Shown here in pieces: positions 8,045-14,259 of a stretch of 33,409 bases of DNA; within the stretch, counting starts at the first letter, position 1; every line of letters begins with the position of its first letter. The stretch is from a virus. Its lineage: Duplodnaviria > Caudoviricetes. Below the pieces are notes generated by a model. The model made no database searches and was not told the DNA's origin. It worked only from the letters and a program-made list of their open reading frames with translations. A program made the position numbers and the translations under genes. The stretch is taken from positions 1 to 33,409 of the IMG/VR virus record IMGVR_UViG_3300031519_000113. One strand, given 5' to 3'.

Positions 8045-8283
8045 GCTGTCACCTCATTAGTTAGGTTATCAATAAAACCTTGTGCTACTGCTTCAACATC
8101 AGACAGGACACCTTTTAACCAGTTATTAACGTGTTTTGTCGTGGTGACACTATATTTGGTGCTAGTCTTAACATATCGACCGCTTGGAAGCATTGCGGCC
8201 ACTGGTGTCTCATAGCTAAAAAATACTACTGTACCGTTGATTAATAGTTCTGTTTGGTTGCTTCCTATTTGTTTCAGTTTCAT
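8041..8283 (-). CDS. first early gene; conserved phage hypothetical protein
   Basis: FFSYETPVAA...YSVTTTKHVNNWL is a motif I recognise from small phage early proteins of unknown function; SD CAGGAG. Confidence 0.75.
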   Translation of the reverse strand: MKLKQIGSNQTELLINGTVVFFSYETPVAAMLPSGRYVKTSTKYSVTTTKHVNNWLKGVLSDVEAVAQGFIDNLTNEVTA

Positions 8284-8331
8284 CGTGGTGTTACTCCTGT
8301 TATGGTTAGTCTTTGTTGTCTTGATGGGTTC

Positions 8332-8360
8332 AGTATAGCGCCTAGGCTAACAATGTACAA
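8332..8360 (-). promoter_or_regulatory. sigma70-type early promoter
   Basis: Minus strand TTGTAC (8360-8355), 17 nt, TATACT (8337-8332), about 50 nt upstream of the first early ATG. Confidence 0.75.
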
Positions 8361-8441
8361 TGATTTAAACGCATGACCTTAATAAACTATATGCATCTAG
8401 TGCATAACCTACATGCTACCTTCTATCATGCGCGTGCGCGT

Positions 8442-8458
8442 AGCAATAACCATGCCAA
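8442..8458 (-). promoter_or_regulatory. sigma54 (RpoN) -24/-12 box, copy 1
   Basis: Minus strand TTGGCATGGTTATTGCT (GG-N10-GC; consensus YTGGCACG-N4-TTGCW). Confidence 0.75.
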
Positions 8459-8477
8459 CTATTGTAGGGTTGTGTCA

Positions 8478-8494
8478 TGCAAGAGTCATGCCAA
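8478..8494 (-). promoter_or_regulatory. sigma54 (RpoN) -24/-12 box, copy 2
   Basis: Minus strand TTGGCATGACTCTTGCA. Confidence 0.75.
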
Positions 8495-8546
8495 TGTTTA
8501 CTAGTGTGTGCTATGGGTATCCACATGTACACTCACACTTGCCTCA

Positions 8547-8563
8547 TGCAATACCCGTGCCAA
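8547..8563 (-). promoter_or_regulatory. sigma54 (RpoN) -24/-12 box, copy 3 (perfect consensus)
   Basis: Minus strand TTGGCACGGGTATTGCA. Confidence 0.8.
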
Positions 8564-8579
8564 CTTAAGCACCATGCCC

Positions 8580-8684
8580 CGTGTATAACCTGTGTAGCCT
8601 GTGGATAACCTGTGTATAACTTATGTGTGCCTAAGCACAGGCCGCGTGTAGCCTGTGGATAACTTATGTAAAACCTGTGGATAA
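8580..8684 (-). promoter_or_regulatory. cluster of co-oriented DnaA boxes
   Basis: Plus strand TGTGGATAA (= TTATCCACA) at 8600-8608, 8654-8662 and 8676-8684; TGTGTATAA at 8611-8619; CGTGTATAA at 8580-8588; degenerate TATGTAAAA at 8665-8673. Confidence 0.8.
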
Positions 8685-8891
8685 CTTCGGGGGCGGGGGG
8701 GCGCGTGGCTGCTGTAGTATTGTTACTGTACCCTCCGGCATACAAAATAGTAGGAAATTAGGATTGACAACTGTATCCTCATGTGTACTGTAACCTTATG
8801 TAATACATAAGAAAACACAGGTCGCCCCTAGGGTTGACACAAGCAGTGCAAAGGGACATAAGAATAACTTAGATAATATAGTAAATAATGC

Positions 8892-8920
8892 TTGACTTCT
8901 GCTTAATAATATGCTATAAT
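8892..8920 (+). promoter_or_regulatory. sigma70 promoter with extended -10 for the packaging/structural arm
   Basis: TTGACT (8892-8897), 17 nt, TATAAT (8915-8920), with TG-N immediately upstream of the -10. Confidence 0.85.
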
Positions 8921-8928
8921 AACTAGTA

Positions 8929-9050
8929 TACTAAAGAGATAAAGATAACCAAGCGCCTTAAGGGTACTTAAGAAAACTTTAAGAATTAACTTTAAAGAAA
9001 TAATTAAAGTAAATACTAAAGCATACTTAAGTATACTTAAGATAACCAAG
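8929..9050. repeat. AT-rich array of short CTTAAG/CTAAAG/TTAAAG repeats
   Basis: About 9 copies of (C/T)T(T/A)AAG at roughly 10-13 nt spacing; bracketed by AAGATAACCAAG at 8942-8953 and 9039-9050. Confidence 0.7.
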
Positions 9051-9059
9051 GGGTATATT

Positions 9060-9452
9060 TTGAGTAACGAAAAGCAGCCTGTAAAAAAGAAAGGAAGACC
9101 CAAGAAGAAAGATATTGTGTCAAAAACAACAGGCAATAGGAATAAGGTAGGTCGTCCTAAAGGTGATGCTTCAATCATCAACGACTATAAAGCTAGGATG
9201 CTTGCTTCACCTAAAAGTAGGAAGGTATTAGATTCTATATTGTCAGCAGCATTGGACGATGACCATAAGAATCAAGCAGCAGCATGGAAGCTATGTATGG
9301 ATAGATTACTGCCTGTCAGTTACTTTGAGAAGGATAAGGCAACTGGCGGTAAGAGTGCAATTAATATATCAATTACTGGTGTTGGTGGAGAGACTACTAT
9401 CATCTCTGGTAACGAACAAGAACCCATTGAAGGGGACTACACAGATGTATAA
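9060..9452 (+). CDS. probable terminase small subunit
   Basis: First gene of the packaging arm, upstream of TerL; basic N-terminus with two GRPK motifs; TTG start with SD AAGGGG. Confidence 0.65.
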   Translation: MSNEKQPVKKKGRPKKKDIVSKTTGNRNKVGRPKGDASIINDYKARMLASPKSRKVLDSILSAALDDDHKNQAAAWKLCMDRLLPVSYFEKDKATGGKSAINISITGVGGETTIISGNEQEPIEGDYTDV

Positions 9453-9819
9453 TGTCAACAAAGATTTAGATTACTTTACTAGAGAAGAGTTTGCTTGTCA
9501 GTACACAGGCGAGAACGAGATTAAAGATACACTACTCTTAAAGTTAGATATGTTGCGTGGGCGCTGTGGGTTTCCTTTTGTCATTACTAGTGGTTATAGA
9601 TCAGAAGACCACCCCATTGAAAAGAAGAAGGAGAGAGCAGGAACTCATGCCCAAGGTATTGCAGCGGACATTAAAGTCAGCAACGGAACACAGCGTTATA
9701 AGATTGTTGCAGAAGCTATTAAGATGGGCTTCTCAGGAATTGGAGTTGCTTCTAACTTTGTGCATGTTGACATCCGCAGCTTGGACACTAACGAGTCTCC
9801 TGTAATGTGGACGTACTAG
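9445..9819 (+). CDS. peptidase M15A-family endolysin
   Basis: YFTREEFAC, ITSGYRS..H, H..G.AADI and FVHVDIR Zn-peptidase motifs; start at ATG 9445 with SD AAGGGG. Confidence 0.88.
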   Translation: MYNVNKDLDYFTREEFACQYTGENEIKDTLLLKLDMLRGRCGFPFVITSGYRSEDHPIEKKKERAGTHAQGIAADIKVSNGTQRYKIVAEAIKMGFSGIGVASNFVHVDIRSLDTNESPVMWTY

Positions 9820-11073
9820 TTGGCTGATTTAAAGGTTGAACTACTACCTTGGCAGCAAACAGTATACGAAGACAAGACACGCTTTAAGGTTATAGCAGCA
9901 GGTAGGCGTACAGGTAAGTCACGATTGGCTGCTTGGGCTTTAATACTTAACTGTTTGTCAGCTAAGAAGGGTCAGGTGTTTTACGTAGCGCCTACACAGG
10001 GACAGGCTAGGGACATTATGTGGCAGATGCTGCTAGAGCTAGGCAACCCTGTTATCTCTTCAAGTCATGTCAATAACTTACAGATCAAGTTTATTAATGG
10101 CGCACTCCTGACACTTAAGGGCGCGGACAGGCCGGAGACCATGCGTGGTGTCAGCCTTAAGTTCCTAGTCATGGACGAGTACGCAGATATGAAGCCAGAG
10201 GTGTGGGAGCAAATCCTACGTCCGGCTCTTGCGGATCAGAAGGGTGATGCAATGTTCATTGGTACGCCAATGGGACGTAACCACTTCTATGATCTATATT
10301 CATACGCAACCATTAGTGAAGATGAAACCTTTATAGGCTATCACTTTACAAGCTTTGATAACCCACTGCTAGACCCTGAAGAGATTAAAGCTGCTGAGAA
10401 GTCAATGTCAGCCTTTTCCTTCCGACAGGAGTTCATGGCATCCTTTGAGGCTCACGGTAGTGAACTGTTTAAGGAAGATGATGTCAAGTTTAGTGAAGAT
10501 GAACCTAAAGACGGTGAGTTTTACATTGCAGTGGATTTGGCAGGTTTTGCTGACGTACAGAAAGTTACTACTAAAACAAATAGACTTGACCAAACAGCTA
10601 TATCAGTCGTTAAAGCAGGTGTTAACGGTTGGTGGGTCGCTAATATCATACACGGACGTTGGGGCGTAGAAGAGACTGCCAGAAGAATCTTTGAAGCAGT
10701 TAGAGACTATGAGCCAGTAGCCGTAGGTATTGAGAAAGGTGCCTTAAAGAACGCTGTACATCCCTACCTAAACGATCAAATGAAGAAAAATCAACGGTTT
10801 TTTAGGATAGAAGAGCTTACACACGGTAATAAAAAGAAAACAGATAGAATTGTGTGGGCATTACAGGGTCGTTTTGAGCATGGCAACATAACATTAAACA
10901 AAGGAAAGTGGAACAGTCAGTTTTTAGACGAGTTATTCCAATTTCCTAACCATTTAGTCCACGATGACTTGATAGATTCATTAGCTTATATAGATCAACT
11001 TGCAAAAGTTTCCTATGCTTATGATTATGAAGACGAAGACTATGAATTCCTAGACAAATACGCAGGGTATTAA
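9820..11073 (+). CDS. terL: terminase large subunit
   Basis: LLPWQ adenine motif, Walker A AGRRTGKS, YVAPT..QA, Walker B LVMDEYA, GTP.G.NHFY, nuclease AVDLAG and HDDLIDSL; TTG start. Confidence 0.96.
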   Translation: MADLKVELLPWQQTVYEDKTRFKVIAAGRRTGKSRLAAWALILNCLSAKKGQVFYVAPTQGQARDIMWQMLLELGNPVISSSHVNNLQIKFINGALLTLKGADRPETMRGVSLKFLVMDEYADMKPEVWEQILRPALADQKGDAMFIGTPMGRNHFYDLYSYATISEDETFIGYHFTSFDNPLLDPEEIKAAEKSMSAFSFRQEFMASFEAHGSELFKEDDVKFSEDEPKDGEFYIAVDLAGFADVQKVTTKTNRLDQTAISVVKAGVNGWWVANIIHGRWGVEETARRIFEAVRDYEPVAVGIEKGALKNAVHPYLNDQMKKNQRFFRIEELTHGNKKKTDRIVWALQGRFEHGNITLNKGKWNSQFLDELFQFPNHLVHDDLIDSLAYIDQLAKVSYAYDYEDEDYEFLDKYAGY

Positions 11074-11075
11074 CT

Positions 11076-13034
11076 ATGTTAGAAAATAAAGATAATTTCT
11101 CTACAGAACAAGACCTAGAAGGTTGGGTAATGACTAAATGTGATGCTTGGAGAGATCACTATGAAGCTAACTACTCACAAAAGTTTGAAGAGTATTATCG
11201 CCTATGGCGTGGTATCTGGTCTGAAGAAGACAGAACACGCGCAACAGAGCGTTCTAGGATTATTACCCCTGCACTACAGCAAGCAGTAGAGTCCTCAGTA
11301 GCAGAGCTAGAGGAAGCTACCTTTGGACGTGGTAAATGGTTTGATATTAAAGATGATATACACGATCAAGATAGTCAAGACATTGAGATGCTACGTAAAC
11401 ATCTTGAACAAGACTTTAAAAAGAATAAAGTACGTAAAGGTGTAGCAGAGTGTCTTATAAACGCTGCTGTGTTTGGCACAGGAATTGCTGAAGTTGTATT
11501 ATCCGAAGAAAAAGAAATGGCTCCTGCTACTCAGCCAGTTATGGGTGGTGAGCTACAGGCAGTAGGTGTAACCATACGTGACCGTACTTGTGTTAAGCTA
11601 CGTCCTGTAATGCCACAGAACTTCCTTATTGATCCAGTAGCTACTGATATTGATTCAGCTTTGGGTTGTGCTATTGATGAGTTTGTTTCCTCACACTCAG
11701 TAGAGCAGCTACAGGAAAGTGGAGTATACAGGGACGTTGATGTTCAATTAGCGGCTACTGATTTTGATATTGAGCCGGATCAAGACTTGACTGTCTATAG
11801 TGAGGACAAAGTACGCTTAACTAAGTACTACGGTTTAGTCCCTCGTCACTTGCTTGAAGAAGCAATGAAAGATGAAGATGCAGAAGAAGAGGTTGTTGAT
11901 TTAGACTCAGAAGAAGATTCTTCTTATTACGTAGAAGCAGTTGTTGTCATAGCTAACAGTGGTACTCTTCTTAAGGCTTCCGAAAATCCTTACATGATGG
12001 AAGACAGACCTATCATAGCATTCCCATGGGATGTCGTCCCTAGCCGTTTCTGGGGTAGAGGAGTATGTGAGAAAGGGTATAACTCTCAAAAGGCGTTAGA
12101 CACTGAAATACGAGCTAGGATAGATGCTCTTGCACTTACTATCCACCCTATGATGGCAATGGATGCCTCACGTATGCCTAGAGGTGCTAAACCCTCCATA
12201 CAGCCCGGAAAAACTATACTAACCAACGGCAATCCTTCTGAGATACTACAGCCATTTAACTTTGGTAATGTCAGTCAGATTACCTTTGCACAAGCGCAAG
12301 CCCTACAGACAATGGTACAGACATCTACAGGTGCTGTTGATTCCGGTGGTATATCAGGTGGTATTAACGGAGAAGCTACAGCTGCAGGTATCTCTATGTC
12401 CCTTGGTGCTGTTATTAAGAGACACAAGCGTACTTTAATTAACTTCCAAGAATCTTTTATTATTCCTTTTGTTACCAAAGCAGCTTGGCGTTATATGCAG
12501 TTTGAGCCTGAGATGTATCCGGTAGCTGACTACAAGTTCCATACATCTAGCTCACTAGGTATTATTGCGCGTGAGTACGAAGTTACTCAGCTAGTTCAGT
12601 TGCTACAAACCATGTCTCCTGACACCCCCATGTATCCTAAGTTGGTTATGTCTATCATTGATAACATGAACCTATCTAACCGTGAAGAGCTTATTAGAAC
12701 ACTTGAGCAAGCCAATACTCCTAACCCTGAAGCAGAGCAAGCTGCACAACAAGCTGAACAAGCAGCACAGCAAGCACAGTTGGCTTTCCAAGCTTCTCAG
12801 TCTGCTGCACTTAACGGACAAGCACAAGAGTCAGCAGCAAGGGCGCAGAAGCTTACTGTTGAAGCGCAGGTTATACCACAGGAGCTTGAGATTGATAGGA
12901 TTAAAGCTGTAACAACTAACCTCAGAGCAGGTGACGCTGATGATAAAGAGTTCCAGAAGCGTATTGAAATGTCAAAACAAATGCTTAAGGAAAGAGAAAT
13001 AGCTGTTAAGGAAGGAGTTAATATCAATGGCTAG
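11076..13034 (+). CDS. portal protein
   Basis: 652 aa directly after TerL; FLIDP and FWGRG motifs; Gln/Ala-rich helical C-terminus as in P22-type portals. Confidence 0.88.
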   Translation: MLENKDNFSTEQDLEGWVMTKCDAWRDHYEANYSQKFEEYYRLWRGIWSEEDRTRATERSRIITPALQQAVESSVAELEEATFGRGKWFDIKDDIHDQDSQDIEMLRKHLEQDFKKNKVRKGVAECLINAAVFGTGIAEVVLSEEKEMAPATQPVMGGELQAVGVTIRDRTCVKLRPVMPQNFLIDPVATDIDSALGCAIDEFVSSHSVEQLQESGVYRDVDVQLAATDFDIEPDQDLTVYSEDKVRLTKYYGLVPRHLLEEAMKDEDAEEEVVDLDSEEDSSYYVEAVVVIANSGTLLKASENPYMMEDRPIIAFPWDVVPSRFWGRGVCEKGYNSQKALDTEIRARIDALALTIHPMMAMDASRMPRGAKPSIQPGKTILTNGNPSEILQPFNFGNVSQITFAQAQALQTMVQTSTGAVDSGGISGGINGEATAAGISMSLGAVIKRHKRTLINFQESFIIPFVTKAAWRYMQFEPEMYPVADYKFHTSSSLGIIAREYEVTQLVQLLQTMSPDTPMYPKLVMSIIDNMNLSNREELIRTLEQANTPNPEAEQAAQQAEQAAQQAQLAFQASQSAALNGQAQESAARAQKLTVEAQVIPQELEIDRIKAVTTNLRAGDADDKEFQKRIEMSKQMLKEREIAVKEGVNING

Positions 13035-13290
13035 AACTACTCCGGCAAAAGGTAAAGCTAAAGTTAAAATTACATCTGGAGGTAAGAAGGTAAGCTACGG
13101 ACAAGCAGGTAAAGCTAAAGATGGTGGATCAAGGGTAAAGGCAGGTACATCTAAAGGAGATAGTTACTGTGCTAGAAGCCTTGGTATTAAGAAGGGTCTA
13201 TCTAAAGATAAACAGAACGACCCTAACACCCCCAATAACTTATCACGTAAGCGTTGGAAATGTTCTGGTGCTAAGTCTAGGAGAAAGTAA
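13027..13290 (+). CDS. small, highly basic protein
   Basis: 87 aa, Lys/Gly-rich, SYCARS...RKRWKC; SD AAGGAG. Confidence 0.8.
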   Translation: MARTTPAKGKAKVKITSGGKKVSYGQAGKAKDGGSRVKAGTSKGDSYCARSLGIKKGLSKDKQNDPNTPNNLSRKRWKCSGAKSRRK

Positions 13291-13433
13291 TGGCAGGACT
13301 ATATGATAATATCCATGCTAAACGCAAACGTATTGCAGCAGGTTCTAAAGAGAAAATGAGAAAAGCAGGAGCCAAAGGCGCGCCAACTGCAAAAGCGTTT
13401 AAGAAAGCTTCCAAAACAACCAAGAGGAAATAA
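13290..13433 (+). CDS. 47-aa basic peptide (not in ORF track)
   Basis: MAGLYDNIHAKRKRIAAGSKEKMRKAGAKGAPTAKAFKKASKTTKRK*; SD AGGAG; TAATG coupling. Confidence 0.78.
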   Translation: MAGLYDNIHAKRKRIAAGSKEKMRKAGAKGAPTAKAFKKASKTTKRK

Positions 13434-13434
13434 G

Positions 13435-13524
13435 ATGCCATACGGTACAGGAACATACGGAACTAAAGTAGGAAGACCACCTGCTAAAAAGAAACCTGCT
13501 AAAAAGAAAAAAGTAAAGAAGTAA
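13435..13524 (+). CDS. 29-aa basic peptide (not in ORF track)
   Basis: MPYGTGTYGTKVGRPPAKKKPAKKKKVKK*; SD GAGGA. Confidence 0.7.
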   Translation: MPYGTGTYGTKVGRPPAKKKPAKKKKVKK

Positions 13525-13646
13525 TGAAGGGTCAAACTCACGGTGGTAAAGGAAGTACTCAAAGAAAAACAGACTCAAAGAAGTTTGGAAGTAATTGGGA
13601 TTCTATTTATAAGACACCTAAAAAAAAGAAAACAAAAAAGAAATAG
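13524..13646 (+). CDS. 40-aa basic peptide (not in ORF track)
   Basis: MKGQTHGGKGSTQRKTDSKKFGSNWDSIYKTPKKKKTKKK*; TAATG coupling. Confidence 0.65.
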   Translation: MKGQTHGGKGSTQRKTDSKKFGSNWDSIYKTPKKKKTKKK

Positions 13647-13647
13647 C

Positions 13648-13676
13648 TTGACTTTTACTTTATAGTATGGTATAAT
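13648..13676 (+). promoter_or_regulatory. sigma70 promoter with extended -10 for scaffold/capsid genes
   Basis: TTGACT (13648-13653), 17 nt, TATAAT (13671-13676) with upstream TG-N; A-rich UP-element-like tract upstream. Confidence 0.88.
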
Positions 13677-13722
13677 ATATAGAGTAACTACCTTAATAAC
13701 TGTCCTTATGGAGAAACAGTAT

Positions 13723-13974
13723 ATGATTGATAAAGAACTTGAACAATATTATAGCACATATCGCGACCTGTTTGCAAGCGAAGGTTTTAAACTTTTAGTA
13801 CAAGACCTAACAAACAATGCTATGAATATTAATTCTATTGAAGCTACTAAAGATGCGAATGATATGTACTTCCGTAAAGGTCAAATGTCCATTATCGCAA
13901 GCATTGTAAACTTAGAGCAGCAAATAACTGCCGCTGAAGAAAGCGCAGAAGCAGACGAATCAGAAGAAGCTTAA
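13723..13974 (+). CDS. conserved hypothetical head-region protein
   Basis: 83 aa from the ATG following SD GGAG; helical, with acidic tail; between portal and scaffold. Confidence 0.75.
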   Translation: MIDKELEQYYSTYRDLFASEGFKLLVQDLTNNAMNINSIEATKDANDMYFRKGQMSIIASIVNLEQQITAAEESAEADESEEA

Positions 13975-14204
13975 TGGCTTTACTTTTTGATTTTAAATGT
14001 GAAAACGGCCATGTGAACGAACGCATGGCTTATACCGACTGCACACACATGCCATGCCTTGATTGTAATGCAATGGCTAAAAAACTCATATCTCCTGTTC
14101 GTTCTGTCCTTGATCCCATCTCTGGTGATTTTTTGGGTGCTACAGCTAAGTGGGCAAGAAACAGAAAACAGAAGTTAGAGCAAGAACGCAAGGCCAACTC
14201 TTAA
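13974..14204 (+). CDS. FmdB-like zinc-ribbon protein
   Basis: FDFKCENGH...CLDC...AKKLIS pattern; TAATG coupling. Confidence 0.75.
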   Translation: MALLFDFKCENGHVNERMAYTDCTHMPCLDCNAMAKKLISPVRSVLDPISGDFLGATAKWARNRKQKLEQERKANS

Positions 14205-14259
14205 TTTAGAAGCTTTGTATAATACACCTCCATAATGAGAATACTCACGGAGTTTAATA

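Noticed and set aside
8567-8583. Fourth sigma54 box (GGGGCATGGTGCTT on the minus strand)
   Set aside because: Has a -24-like half but no GC at -12.
8580-8690. Possible mini-CRISPR array
   Set aside because: Repeats are only 9-18 bp with irregular short spacing; no cas genes; explained by DnaA boxes.
8706-8732. Trinucleotide-like run GCTGCTGTAGTATTGTTACTGTA as DnaA-trios
   Set aside because: Poor match and on the wrong side of the boxes for the canonical basal unwinding arrangement.
8533-8745. 70-aa minus-strand ORF across the DnaA/sigma54 region
   Set aside because: No SD; its repeated YPQ peptides are just translated DnaA boxes.
8764-8865. Two further TTGACA hexamers (8764, 8834) as plus-strand promoters
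   Set aside because: The matching -10 elements are weak (TACTGT at 16 nt; CATAAG at 17 nt); possible but unsupported.
9259-9444. N-terminal extensions in the track for the endolysin (also 19521, 20767 and 29100 starts)
   Set aside because: They overlap upstream genes; downstream ATGs have proper SD sequences or coupling.
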